From: Pristiophorus japonicus
Taxonomy: Eukaryota
Direction of reading: 5' to 3'
Assembly (NCBI RefSeq): GCF_044704955.1
Contig: NC_091985.1
Span: forward strand, 165,912,001 to 165,976,000
Length of the DNA stretch: 64,000 nt
This document shows positions 34,321 through 49,300 of the stretch, in pieces (the stretch's first letter is position 1; each line of letters opens with the position of its first letter). The notes below the pieces were generated by a model that saw only the letters and a list, made by a program, of their open reading frames with translations, was not told the origin of the DNA and made no database searches. Made by a program: the position numbers and the translations under genes.

Positions 34321-37300
34321 TGTTGTGGCGCTTGTTTACACCCCAAACCCACAGTCCAGCTCCTTCTCCTCTCACCACCCCACCCCGGGCTCGGTGGTCG
34401 CACTCGGGCTCCCAGTCAGAAAGTTGCCCCATTCCACAGGCTTGAGCCCCCAAATCCAGGCTGACGCTCAGTGCAGTGCTGAGGGAGTGCTGCGCTATCG
34501 GAGGTGCCGTCTTTCGGATGCGATCTTAAACCGAGGTGGACATGAAAGACCCCATAGTACTAGAAGCATAGAAAATAGGTGCAGGAGTAGGCCCTTCGAG
34601 CCTGCTCCGCCATTCAATAAGATCATGGCTGATCATTCCCTCAGTACCCTTTTTCCTGCTTTCTCTCCATACCCCTTGATCCCTTTAGCCATAAGGGCCA
34701 TATCTAACTCCCTCTTGAATATATCTAACGAACTGGCCTCAACAACTCTCTGCGGTAGAGAATTTAGAAAGAGATTTGCATTTCTATAGCGATTTTCAGG
34801 ATGTCCCAAAGCGCTTTACTGCCAATGAAGTACTTTTTAAAGTGTCGTCACTGTTGTAATGTAGAAATCGCACCAGACAATTTGTGCACAGTGCAGAAGA
34901 AAGGGGGTATAAAAACAAAATGCTGGAAATCTCAGCGGGTCAGGCAGCATCTGTGGAGAGAAACAGTAAACGTTTCGGGTCTGTGCGGGGTTCACCCCGG
35001 TATCATGACCCATATTTATCTCTGTCAGTATCACTAAAAACTGATTTGGTCGTTATCTCATTGCTATGGGACCTTGCTGTGTGCACACTTTACTACACTT
35101 AAAAAGTACTTAATTGTTTGTAAAGTGTTTTGGAACTTCATGAGGTTGTGAAAGGCACTATATAAATAGCAAAGGCACAGTGACAAGTGCATTCACACTG
35201 CACAAGCCGTAGCTGCTCCACATCCACACTGATGTTGGAGCATCAGTGGAGTGTGAGGCAACCCAAGAAGTGTCACGGGCACAGTGAAATGAGACCCCAA
35301 CCCCACAGCAGGGTTCTTATTTGTGACAGATGCTATACAAGTATTAAAAATCCCCCAAATCTGCTGTGTTCCCCAGCCATCTCCAGATGTGCCAGCAGAA
35401 GAGACTCCTTTTTCTCAGACCCTGGTTTGTTCCTCTCCAGTACACCTCTAACCACCTTCCTTTTGTTTTTTATCCTTTGTTTATCTTTCTCCATGGTGTG
35501 TTTCCTGCTTTAGTTTCACAGAACTCCAATGTCAAGTATTCATACACAATCCGATTTAAAAAAAAAACTAACTTGCAACTCTAACAATTCTCAAACCGTC
35601 CTTTCTCTGCAATAAAGGGCAGTGTTTTTTATCATTACAAATTTAAATTAACTAAAAAATTGACCGGAGAGTGTGTGTAAACAGTTCAGATAGCAATGGC
35701 TTATAAAAACTGACTGGTGATGTAACTGACATAATTAACACGTGAGTTAAGGATTCCTCTAAAGCCACATGTATCCCCCAGTGTGCATGGTGGTACTTTA
35801 ATGTAACGGATATTGTCAGAAGAGGTTAGGCATCTTTCTAGATAGTAGTGATCTACTGTAATTAGTTTATCTGTCAAGAACTCAACAACAACAACTTTTA
35901 CTTAGAGAGCGCCTTTAACATAGTAAAACGTCCCAAGGTGCTTCAAAGCAGTGTAATAAAACAAAATAGATAAAATTGACACTGAGTCACATAAGAAATT
36001 ATAGCAGATGACCAAAAGCTTGGTCAAAGAGGTCGGTTTTAAGGAGAGTCTTAAAGGAGGAAAGAGAGGTTTAGGGAGCGAGTACCAGAGCTTGGGGCCC
36101 AGGCAGCTGAAGGCACGGCCACCGATGATTGAGCTGTCATAATCAGGGATGCTCAAGAGGGCAGAATTTGAGGAAAGCACTCGTGGGTTGTGAGGATGAA
36201 GGAGATTAGAAATAGGGAGGGGCGAGGCCAAGGAAGGATTTGTAAACAAGGATGAGTGTTTTGAAATCGAGACGTTGCTTAACCGGGAGCCAATGTAGGT
36301 CAGTGAGCACAGGGGTGATTGGGACTTGCTGCCGAGATTTGGATGACCTCACGTTTACGTAGGGTAGAATGTGGGAGGCCAGCCAGGATTGCGTTGGAAT
36401 AGTCAAGTCTAGAGGTAACAAAGGCATGAATGAGGATTTCAGCAGCAGATGGGCTGAGGCACAGGCAGAGATGGGCTATGTTACGGAGGCGAAAATAGGC
36501 GGTTTTAGCTATGCCACGGATATGTGACCCGATGCTCATTTCAGGGTCAAATATAACACCTAGGTTGCGAACAGTCTGGTTTAGCCTCCAACAGATGCAA
36601 GGGAGAGGGATGGAGTCAGCGGATGGGGAATGCAGTTTGTGGCGGGGACCAAAGACAATGGCTTCGGTCTTCCCAATATTTAATTGGAGAACATTTTTGC
36701 TCATCCAGTATTGGATGTCTAACAAGCAGTCTGACAATTTAGAGACTGGAGGGGTTGAGAGAAGTGGTGGCGAGGTAGAGCTGGGTGTCATCAGCTTACA
36801 TGTGGAAACTGACTGTTTTTGGATGCTATCACCAAGGGGCAGCATATAGATGAGAAATGGGGGGAGGGGCCAAGGATAGATCCTTGGGGGGCACCAGAGT
36901 AAACGATGTGGGAGTGGGAAGAGAAGCCGTTGCAGGAGATTTTCTGGCTACGATTAGATAGATGCCCACTCTACGTTAAAAGAACTCGCGCACAGACATC
37001 TTCCACTCCTTTAACATGATGATGATGAGGAATGGAACCATTCTACCCGATGTAAACTAGAGGTGATCCAAAACTCGGCTGCCCGTGTCCTAATTTGCAC
37101 CAAGTCCCGCTCACCCATCGCCCCTCTGCTCGCTGACCTACATTGGCTCCTGGTTAAGCAATGCTCGATTTCAAAATTCACATCCTTGTCTACAAATCCC
37201 TCCATGGCCTCGCCCTTCCCTATTTCTGTAATCTCCTCCAGCCCCACACCTCCCAGATGTCTGCGCTCCTCTAATTCTGCCCTCTTTATATCATCCCTGA

Positions 37301-40300
37301 TTATAATCGCTCAACCATTGGTGGCCGTGCCTTCTATTGCCTTGGCCTTAAGCTCTGGCATTCCCTGTCTAAACCTCTCTGCTTTTCTACCTCACCTCCT
37401 TCAATACGCTCCTTAAAACCTAACTATTTGGCCAAGCTTTTGGTCACTTGCCCTAATTTCTCCTTATGTGGCTTGGTGTCAAATTTTTTGTCTCATAATA
37501 CGTCTGTGAAGCGCCTTGGGACGTTTCACTACGTTAAAGGTGCTATATAAATACATGTTGTTGTAGATGAGGAGGGGAGGGAGGAAGTCCATATGGAGCA
37601 TAAATACCGGCATGGGTCTGTTGGGCTGAATGACCTGTTTCTGTGCTGTAAAAACTTCGTAATACTTTGTAGTAAATTATAGTGAGATGTGACATGAGAC
37701 AAGTGGTTAGGATTTGGAATGCACTGCCTGATAGGATAGTGGATCATCATCATCATCGAGGACGGCTTGCTTCCACTCTATATAAAAGTGAGTTCTGAGG
37801 TGATTGAACAGTCCACTTCGGGAATTACAGTCTCTGCCACAGGTGGGGCAGACAGAGGTTGAAGGAAAGGGTGGGTGGGGAGTCTGGTTTGCTGCATGCT
37901 CCTTCTGCTGTCTGTGCATGATTTTCGCATGCACTCGGATAAATATTCAATAGTAGCTTTCAAAAGAGAATTGGATAAATACTTGGAGAAAAAATAGCAA
38001 GGATATGGGGAAAGAATGGAGGAGTGGGACTAACTGGATTGCTCTTTGAAAGAGACAGCACAAACTCGATGGGCCGAATGGCCTCCTGCGCCATATGATT
38101 CCATACGAAGCACGATGTTTTACAGCAGTTTTCAAATATTTGTGTGTGATGTACCCTTTGTACAAATTGATGAACTTCCAGTCCCAAGGACCTGCTGATC
38201 TTAAGGGCCGTGTTAGCTACCCAAAGAAGAACCGTGCTGGTGTTACATAGAAACATAGAAATTTACAGCGCAGGAGGAGGCCATTCCGGCCCATCGTGTC
38301 CGCGCCGACCGACAAAGAGCCACACGGCCCTTGGTCAGCAGCCCTGAAGGTTACATATAAACGTATGAACAATGATGGAAAGGCAAAGAGCACCCAGCTG
38401 CTTCACACAACTGTGACACCCCTTATGCTGAAACATTCTACACTCTTCCGCAACCAAAGCCATGTGATCTCCTGGGAGAGGCAAAAACCAGATTAAAAAC
38501 CCAGGTCAATTTAGGGAGAAAAAAATCTGGGAAAATTCCTCTCCGACCCATCCAGGTGATCGAAACTAGTCCAGGAGATCACCCTGGCCGTATTCGATTC
38601 CCTGCAGTACTTACCATTAATACTGCGTAGGCCAACAAAAGGTCATCCAGTCTAATCCCAATTACCAGCTCTAGATCTGTAACCCTGCAGGTTACGGCAC
38701 TTCAAGTGCCCATCCAACCATCTCTTAAAAGTGGTGAGGGTTTCTGCATCCACCACTCTTCCAGGCAGCGAGTTCCAGATCTCCACAACCCTCTGTGTAA
38801 AGAAGCCCCCCCCCAAATCCCCTCTAAACCTTCCACCAACCACCTTAAAACTATGCCCCCTCGTAATAGACCCCTCCACCAATGGAACTAGGCCCTTACT
38901 ATCCACTATGTCCAGGCCCCTCAATATTTTGTATACCTCAATGAGATCTCCTCTCAACCTCCTGTTCCAATGAGAACAAACCTAGCGTATCCAATCTGTC
39001 CTCGTAACTAAGATTCTCCATTCCAGGCAGCATCCTAGTAAATCTCCTCTGCGCCCTCTTTAGTGCAATCACGTCCTTCCTATAATACGGCGACCAGAAT
39101 TGCACGCAGTACTCCAGCTGTGGCCTAACCAAAGTATTATACAATTTAAGCATATATTCTATGCCTCGGCCAATGGCCTGCTACCTTCAGGGATCTGTGG
39201 ACAAGCACTCCAAGGTCCCTTTGTTCATCTACACTATTAGGTGGCGTACCGCTTAATGTGTATATCATTTCCTTATTAGCCCTCCCAAAGTGCATCACCT
39301 TACACTTCTCTGAATTAAATTCCATTTGCCATTGCTCTGCCCACCTGACCAGTAGATGGATATCCTCCTGCAGCCCATGACTTTCCTCTTCATTATCAAT
39401 CACACAGCCAATTTTAGTGTTGTCTGCAAACTTCTTAATCATACTCCCTATATTCAAATCTAAATCGTTGATATATACCACAAAAAGTAAGGGACCCAAT
39501 ACTGAGCCCTGCGGAATCCCACTGGAAACATCCTTCCAGTCACAAAAACATCCATCAACCATTACCCTTTGCTTCCTACCTCCAAGCCAATTTTGGATCG
39601 AACTTGCCACTTTGTCCTGGATCCCATGGGCTGTAATCTTCTTGATCAGTCTACCATGTGGGACCTTATCAAAAACTTTGCTAAAGTTCATATACACTAG
39701 ATCGTATGCGCTACCCTCATCGACCCTCTTGGTTACCTCAAAAAATTCAATCGGGTTAGTCAAACACGATCTTCCCATAACAAATCCATGCTGACTGTCC
39801 CTAGTTAATCCCTGCCTTTCCAAATGTAGATTTATCCTGTCTTTCAGGTTTTTTTCCAATAATTTTCCCACCACTGAGGTTAGGCTGACAGGCCTGTAAT
39901 TACTCGGCCTATCCCTTTCTCCTTTCTTAAATAAGGGTACTACATTAGCAGTCCTCCAATCCTCTGGCACCATGCCCAAATCCAAAGAGAACTGCAAAAT
40001 GATGGTCAAGGCCTCTGCTATTTTCTCTTTTACTTCGTTCAACAGCCTGGGATGCTTTTTTTCCGGGCCTGGGGACTTGGCTACTTTCAAAGCTGCTAAA
40101 CCCCTTAATATTTCCCCTCTATATTTATTTCATCTGGAATATCACATTCTTCCTCGATAGCAGTATCTGCATTACCCCTTTCCTTTGTGAAAACAAATGC
40201 AAAGTATTCGTTAAGAACCTTACCAACATCTTCCGCCTCCACACAAAGATTACCATCGTGGTCTTTAATAGGCCCTACCCTTTCTTTAGTTACCCTCTTA

Positions 40301-43300
40301 TTCTTTTAATATATTTATAGAACATCTTAGGGTTTTCCTTAATTTTACTAGCCAAGAATTTCTCGTGCTCTCTTTTAGCATTCCTAACATCCTTTTTAAT
40401 TTTGCTTCTTAACTTTCTATATTCCTCAAGATTCTATAGTATTTAGCCATTGGTATATGATGACATAAATGTCCCTTTTTTTTCTTTATCCTCCCCTGTA
40501 AGTTTGGCCTGTGCCTTCCGGATCTCCTCCTTGAATGCCTCCCACTGTTCCAACACTGATTTACACAAGTAGCTGTTTCCAGTCCACCATGGCCAAATCA
40601 CTCCTTAACTTAGCAAAATTAGTTTTTCCCCAATTCAGGACTTTTATTCCAGGCCTATCCTTGTCCTTATCGATAACTGACTGAATCTGACTGAATTATG
40701 GTCATTGGCACCCAAGTGCTCTCCCACTAATGCCCCTTCAACCTGCCCAGCTTCATTCCCCAAAACTAAATCCAAGACCGCCCCCTCTCGTGTTGGGCTT
40801 GCTACATACTGACTCAAAAAGTTCTCTTAGAAACATAGAAAATAGGTGCAGGAGTAGGCCATTCGGCCCTTCTAGCCTGCACCACCAATCAATGAGTTCA
40901 TGGCTGAACATGCAACTTCAGTACCCCATTCCTGCTTTCTCGCCATACCCTTTGATCCCACTAGTAGTAAGGACTTCATCTAACTCCTTTTTGAATATAT
41001 TTAGTGAATTGGCCTCAACAACTTTCTGTGGTAGAGAATTCCACAGGTTCACCACTCTCTGGGTGAAGAAATTTCTCCTCATCTCGGTCCTAAATGGCTT
41101 GCCCCTTATCCTTAGACTGTGTCCCCTGGTTCTGGACTTCCCCAACATTGGGAACATTCTTCCTGCATCTAACCTGTCTAAACCCATCAGAATTTTAAAT
41201 GTTTCTATGAGGTCCCCTCTCATTCTTCTGAACTCCAGTGAATACAAGCCCAGTTGATCCAGTCTTTCTTGATAGGTCAGTCCCGCCATCCTGGGAATCA
41301 GTCTGGTGAACCTTCGCTGCACTCCCTCAATAGCAAGAATGTCCTTCCTCAGGTTAGGAGACCAAAACTGTACACAATACTCCAGGTGTGGCCTCACCAA
41401 GGCCCTGTACAACTGTAGCAACACCTCCCTGTCCCTGTACTCAAATCCCCTCGCTATGAAGGCCAACATGCCATTTGCTTTCTTAACCGCCTGCTGTACC
41501 TGCATGCCAACCTTCATTGACTGATGTACCATGACACCCAGGTCTCGTTGCACCTCCCCTTTTCCTAATCTGTCACCATTCAGATAATAGTCTGTCTCTC
41601 TCTTTTTACCACTAAAGTGGATAACCTCACATTTATCCACATTATACTTCATCTGCCATGCATTTGCTCACTCACCTAACCTATCCAAGTCGCTCTGCAG
41701 CCTCATAGCATCCTCCTCACAGCTCACACTGCCACCCAACTTAGTGTCTTCCACAAATTTGGAGATACTACATTTAATCCCCTTGTCTAAATCATTAATG
41801 TACAGTGTAAACAGCTGGGGCCCCAGCACAGAACCTTGTGGTACCCCACTAGTCACTGCCTGCCATTCTGAAAAGTCCCCATTTACTCCTACTCTTTGCT
41901 TCCTGTCTGACAACCATTTCTCAATCCACGTCAGCACACTACCCCCAATCCCATGTGCTTTAACTTTGCACATTAATCTCTTGTGTATTTCAAGAATTCT
42001 GCACCCACTATATCCTTCACACTATATTTGTCCAATCAATATTTGGATAGTTAAAATCCCCTATTACTACCCTGTGGTTTTTGGACTTCACAGCGATTTG
42101 CCTACATATTTGCTCCTTTATATATCTCCCATTATTTGGGGGTCCCTTTTTTATTTTTCAATTGGAAATGTATTTGTTTATTGGTGTGCAGCAACAAATA
42201 ACACACTTTTGTGATTGAACAAATACTGAAAGATAGAGATATAATATGGAGCGAAATGCTGACTATGTGGATCTCTTGGGATCTCTTTGCAGAACTACAA
42301 TTTGTAAGCATGTGTACAGTTCCAAATGGAAATCATTCTTTTAGATGTAGGCATTGACGGGAAGGTCAGCATTTATTGCCCACCCCTAAATCCCCTTGAG
42401 AAGGTGGTGGTGAGCCGCCGCCTTGAACCGCTGCAGTCCGTGTGGTGACTGCACTCCCATGGGCCCAAGTTCGTTCTCTTTCTCTCCCCTCGCCCCCCGC
42501 TTAAAACGGCGCACCTCCATGAGGTACGACAACTTTGTAGAATAAAAACCACGTCGAAAACGTACCTCGTTATTCTCCCTGCTCCTGGAACGTTGCAGGC
42601 CCTTGGCATGGTGCAGCACAAGCTGGGGGAGGGGGGGGGGGGCGGAGCTAGGGTCATGCTGGATCAACACAGCTGATGGGGTAGGGCTAGGGTTTTTGAG
42701 TGCCGGCAGCATTGCGCATACGCATTGGAGAGTGCGCGCGTGCACAATGGGTCAGTAACATTGGCAATTGGCCATTTTTTTTAAAGGTAAAGCCTGCTGA
42801 GTGATTTTTGGGTGCCTGAAGGAGTGCTGTGAGCAGTACTGTGGAAGAAATCAGCTGTTGGAATCAGTGAATGCTCTGTTGCTGCTAAACTTCCAGCAGG
42901 AGTGCTGCATAGGTGCATGCAAAGTAAGGACTCTGATTTTTCAAAACACAGTGTCCAATCAATACAGCAATGCAACAACGAGCATCTAGAATGAAGAATT
43001 TCTTGCATGAAGAAGTGGAGATACTAGTTAGTCATTGAGAACAGATGGCAGCAGCTGGATACCAGCAACAGAGGTCGCACAAAAGTGCCACCCAAAGAAA
43101 TGAAGAAACGCTGGAACCTAGTTGCAGAAGATTACTTCGCAGTGGTGAATACCACGAGATCTGGAAGCCAGTGTAAAAAGAAATGGCAGGACCTTGGTCA
43201 AGTAGTTAGTGTAAGTAATATTTTCATTTTTCAATGGAATTGCAATTGTAAATGTGACCATCTGTATATGTCGCACCCAGCAGAAAGACACCCTCTCTAA

Positions 43301-46300
43301 AAAGTAATATTTTCATCTTTGCAGGCGAAATTGGTCCACAACAAAAGGGAAAGAACTCGAACAGGAGGAGGCCTGCCAAATCTGCACCAACTGACACCCT
43401 TGGAAGAGAGGGCCGCTGCTTTGATGTGTCAGACATGGAAAAAAGCAACCACCACTGCACAAGCTGGGCCCACACGCGAGGGAGAGGGTAAGAACTGAAA
43501 ATGCATCGTGGCCCTTCAAATCAACCCGCTGCCTGGCCTGCTACATGTGAGACTACTTATGCCACCCATCCTGCCCCCTCCTGTGCTGCTAACCATTTGA
43601 CTGTTCTGTTATATTTTGCAGAACATGATGCCGATCCAGAAGAAGATTCAGATGCGTATGATCCAGACCAAGGCTGGGGGTTGGAGGAGGGGTTCATGGA
43701 TGTGTGTTCAGGGCAGAATGTGGATCAGTCCATAGTACAGGACCTCACTTTGCCAGACACTTCCATGAGTTTTGATCCAACATTCCATGGTTTCATCCCC
43801 TCCCCATCCTTGCGTAGTGCTTTAAGTTCTGGTGCCACATTCCATGGTTTCACAAATTCCGAAGTTGCGGGTCCCAGTGCTGGTGGGGCGCAGCTTGGAA
43901 GACTCCGGGCCCCACTGTCCCAGCCTGCGCCTCGCATTGGAGCACCCCTCGGGGCGAGAGGAAGGAGAATCCGACCAGGCTCTCCTGAGATGCAGCGTGC
44001 AGCAGATGTGCTTGAGGTTATGGCATTGGGTGTGGAGACCAATGGCCTTACCCGATCACTCGTGAACGGCTACAGTAGGGTGGGTGATGAGGTAACGGGA
44101 CTGTCGGGAGAAATAGCAGTAATGACACGGGAACTGAAGGTGGGAATGTGTGAGGTAGCTGCTGCAATAAGGGCTCACAGCCTGGCCAATCAAATGCTAC
44201 TCCCACTGCAATCCCCGCACCAGCCTCTGTAGAGAACCAAGCCGGGCCGCCCCCCCAACCACCACCATGAGGAAATGCACATTCACCAAGATGTGGATGA
44301 GAGATGGGTGCAGCCTTTCTTTGCTGCTGCTGCTGTTGTTGTTGATACTGTTGTAACTGTTTTCAAATTGAAATTGTTTAGTAAGTTTTGTAACATTACA
44401 ACTTTGAGTGATCTTAAAGAGTCATATTAAAGTAAAGTTTGATACAAGAATTATTTTATTGCACTAAAGTGAAGTACATTGTAAACTTTTCAATAAAATA
44501 TATTTTACATTAAAACTGAATCATGTTCCATTAGCACCACACAACATTTAGGAACAACTGCAAAAAATAAACATCCCTCCCCCCCCCCCCCCCCCCCTTC
44601 AGTAATGCCTGCCTCCTGCCCCTAGTCCTGACCGAAGGGCTTGCCGGTGCGGCGTGTCATGCCCCGAAGGGCGTTCCTGCTGCTTGTTGTGAGCCTCCTG
44701 CCCCTAGCTCTGACCAAAGGGCTTGTGTGGTACAGTCGGCGAGGTAGGATTTTTTATTTTTTAGTAATTGATTATTTTTCATTTATTATTGATGGTTTTT
44801 ATGCTTCTTTAATGTTGTGAAGGTGTTTAGTGCTTAGCAAAATCCCCTCTCTTTCCTCCCCTGCCCCCCCCCCCCCCCCCCCCCCGGTATCTCTGGCTAC
44901 CTGCGCTGATTTCTTAATTCACCGCAAGGTTTTTCTGAGCGGACACAAATGTCTGCACACGCTGGCCTTAGTTTGAAATAACTTTTAGCTGGCTAAACTT
45001 GTTTAAACGGCCAAAACAGGCATAAGTGGCTGGCAAGGCCTCCTTTTGGGGAAAAAAACCTAACTAACTCACTTACACCTGGAGCAAATTAAACGGGGAG
45101 AATTGCGATTTTTAAGTTGCTGAAAAAAAAATGGAGCAACTCCTGGAAAAACTTGGGCCCATTGTGCTGTTCGAGAGGGAGTTCCAGGATTTTGACCCTG
45201 ATAATGGAGGAACAATGATATATGCACCAAGTCACAATGGTATGTTAATTTGAAGGGGAACTTGGAGGTGATGTTCTCGTGCACCTGCTTCCCTTGTCCT
45301 TCTAGGTGGTGGAGGTTACGGCTTTGGGAGGGGCTGCTAAAGAAATCCACTATCATGTGGATATACACAGTGCAGCCACGGTACGCTGGTAATGGAGGGA
45401 TTTTAATGGCTTTTAATAAAGTCTTTACAATAAAGAATTGTGTGGAAAACTGGATAATTCATGCAGCCTGTTGTTTGCAATTGCTGGACCCAAAACCTAT
45501 TGGCTGAGCTTCTTGAGCGTGATTGTATTACTCATTGGAGACATTCATGATGAGCCATTTTCCAATAAAATGATTAGAAAGTGAGTGTTTGCTGCAGCTT
45601 TGTTTGCCTATTTAAAGAGAGCTGTGGATCATGTTCACGGCAGAATCCATATTATAGTGATGCTACCATCATTATTGTGGGGAAATATATGCAATTGTGC
45701 TGCAGTTGAATCTGAACCTGATTTACTTGGCATCATTAAATTAAATTTAGTTCAGTTTACAATGAGCAGTGTGATAGATGTTGCCATATATGAAGAGGGA
45801 CAAGAAAAAGGGAGAATGATAAAAGAAAATTGCCTTAAAGAAAAATGATCTCGCACGCAAAAGATAAATGTGTTGGCGTTGTGATTGAATAACAATAATA
45901 TTCCTCAAGCTGCTTGTCATTAGTTACAACCTACGGTACTACTGTTGACCATTAATGCTCCATTTAATCGGATTTGAAATTTAGGGGTGCCCAGAATCTA
46001 GCAGTTTTCAGCAGAGACAGCAACTTTTGAGGGGGGAGGGGGTGAACTTTAGCTTTTATCCAAATGGTCTCTGTTTGCAGGCGTCGTCTTTATTCTTGTG
46101 TGTTTTTTCAAAAGAGAAAGGGAGTAAAGCAGCTATAAATGATTGCTAATCCATAATGGTCATTATGAAATATTTGTTTACACTGGTGTGTACTGTTAAT
46201 AGTGCTGTATGCAATGGGGGTGCAAAGTAAGCAGCTATAGATATGACACTTCTCACTCTATCTTGTTCCACAGCGCACTTCCTCGCTCTATCTTAATACA

Positions 46301-49300
46301 AAATATATTGTTGAGAGTTGAGCACCATGGAACCAATAAGTTTTTTTTACTTTCTGTAGGCTTTGAGAAACCATCAGCCATTCAGCAAAGGGCCATCAAG
46401 CAAATAATCAAAGGGAGAGACGTCATTGCTCAGTAAGTATGTCTTATTTGAAGTTCTGACCTTGCAAGTTGTTGTATATTGAACTGTTGCTATTTAATAC
46501 TAATTATCTTTTTTTCTAGATCCCAGTCTGGTACAGGGAAGACAGCAACGTTCTGTGTGTCAGTATTACAATGCCTAGACATTCAGGTAATACTTCTCAG
46601 CCGATGCATACAACTTTGCCTGAGTAAATTGATCATATTCAGGACTGTATAAGCGAAGACATAAAGCAGTGAAATGTTTTGTGTTGAAGTGACTTTAGAT
46701 AGTTTGTTTTAGCAGCAGTTCTGGATTAATGAGAAGACCATTCACGATAGAATGCTGTACACTTTGTTTCATACATTTTTTACATTTAGGTCCGCGAGAC
46801 CCAGGCTTTAATATTGGCACCAACTCGGGAGCTTGCAGGGCAAATACAGAAGGTAAGAATTATACGTTTTAAGAGTTGGTCTTCCAGCATTGAAACTGAA
46901 TGAAAGATGCCATTTTGTACTCCACCGAAGGGTCATTTTCAATGCTATCGGTTTACAGCTTTCACAGAATGGCCTTGATCCCAAAACACTGGTAAATATC
47001 CTGGAATCACTTGAATAAAAGTGCAGTTTGAATTATTCAGTTACTATGGGCCAGTGGCCCTAATTGTAAGTTGAATCGCAGGATTTGATTCCCAACGTAA
47101 TGTTTAAAAACCCAGAATTGCACAAACTACATTTTTATTATAACAACTTCCTTCAGTGTAAATCAGTGGCTCTGGTCAGTTTCCCTGAGATATAACAACA
47201 TATGTGCTTTCAAACCAGCGAACCATTCTCCCCGACATAAAAGCAAGACTGCATTCAGTTGTTGCACGATACTGATTCAGGGGTACGTTCCAAATTGTAC
47301 TAGTATGATTTCTATTTAATCTTTTCACAAAATTACAATTTCCCTAATGGCGTACTGACAATACATTGCGTGACTTGGTAGATCCACGGTCATGCTGAAC
47401 TAGCTGACCTCAGCCTGGGCAGAGATGGGATATTACAATAGATGTCTATGTCCCTGGGTTAGTGATTGGGGACTAAATCTGTTCTGCTTTTAATTACTAT
47501 TCGGTGATCCTTTCTGGAAAGTGCTCACATGTGGACATGTTGCGTTTTGCTCTGGTGCCATGCATGGTTGAACTGCACCCTACCTTTCAGTAGAGTTGAG
47601 AGGAGGACTTTAACAGTAAAATGCAAGTGATAATCTAGGATATTTGTTTATACATAACTTAATCTGGGTCAGCATCTGTGACAGGTGTTAACTTTTTAAC
47701 TGGACATCATACAAATTATGAGCATAGATCTGAATTGATTTGTCTTTTTAACATATTGTCTAAACCGTTAGCAGCAATCCAATTTTTTCCAGTCTTTTGG
47801 CAACAATGTGTTCTACAATATCAGCTTCTGATTGTGTCTTCAAATATAACAAGAGTTTGCAATTATATAGCGCCTTTCACAACCTCAGGATGTCCCAAAG
47901 TGCTCCACAGCCAAATAATTACTTTTTATTTTAAAGTGTAGTCACTGTTTTAAGGAAGTGTGTCAGCCAATCTGTAAACAGCAAGGTCGCATGTACAGCA
48001 AGGAGATGAAAGACCAGATAATTTATTTTTTAGTGATGTTGCTTGAAGGAGAATTGTTGGCCAAGACACTGGGAAAGCTACCTTGTTCCTCTCTCGAACA
48101 GAGTCATAGGATCCCTTGCTTCTAAACCATCATATTGTAAACTGTATCACTGCCAAACCCATTGGAAGCTTTGACGAGGAATCTGCAAATGCTTGGTAGA
48201 TCTAGAATATGACCTGCAGGATCTGCCAGTCTCTCCTGAATCTCCACATGCCCAACACGAGGAGCAACAAGGATTGCTGTGCACCATTTGGTACCATCTT
48301 GCAGTGTCTGAGTGTCTTGTGTCTATTGATCAGGTTCTCCTTGCTCTCGGTGACTATATGAACGTACAATGCCATGCTTGTATTGGAGGGACCAATGTTG
48401 GAGAAGACATTCGGAAGTTGGACTATGGACAGCATGTAGTTGCTGGTACACCAGGGCGTGTATTTGGTAAGGAACATGTTTGGCCTTCATGTTTTTTTAA
48501 ATTATTATTAAATGCTCAATTCCTTTTGAATGAGTTAACCGAACTGCATTTTCAGTACTTACCTTTCCGCTCTTATCAGTTGGTTCAAAGATTCTGTGCT
48601 CCATTGCAATTCTGCCACTCGCTATTAATCAAGGTGGTCTAATAAAATAGACTGTTGTAAACGGATAACGCTTTAGGAAAGCTTCATAAATCATACAGTG
48701 CACTTAGTGTAAAGGGACCCATTAATTTAGGCACCTCTGTTCATTCTATGTCAGTTAGAATCATAGAATGATACAGTACAGAATCAGGCCATTCAGCCCA
48801 TCAAATTTGTGAGTGAATTGTTGTGTTCCTGCAGACTATGTCATGAGGGAGTGTAGCTCACTAGCTTGGAGATCGCGCAGATCATCAGAGTTGTACTGTT
48901 GGGGGGAAAAAGACTTTGGGCTAGAATTTCCCCAGCCTAACGCACATTTTAATGCGATTTATTAGCATTAAAAGTGTTTTTTTATGTTCTTAAACTGAAT
49001 TGCACAAAATTCCCCAAACCTTAAGAATGGCATTTTGAAAATATCGGCAAAAAGCGGATCACCCCGGTGCAACGCAGAAAAAAAACCTGCACCGTCTAAG
49101 TTTGGCCATTTGGTGAACCTGTTTTTGGAAAGAGGGAAGAAAAAAGAATGCACGAGAAAAGCAAGCGTTGCAACCTCAAACATTGGTAAGTAGGAAGACC
49201 TGCAAAAAAGGCAAGTTAAAGTTTTTATTAATTTGCAGCAGTTATTTAGTTATGGCTCTTGTAAATGTTTTGTGTTTTCTCCCCTCTCTGTGCTAAAGTT

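Noticed and set aside
32530-34403. Long overlapping ORFs (608, 401, 264 aa) with GRSSGRSK/PVEVQAGRR repeats
   Set aside because: Open frames arise from a stop-free GC-rich minisatellite plus the antisense of the CpG island/exon 1; no domain evidence.
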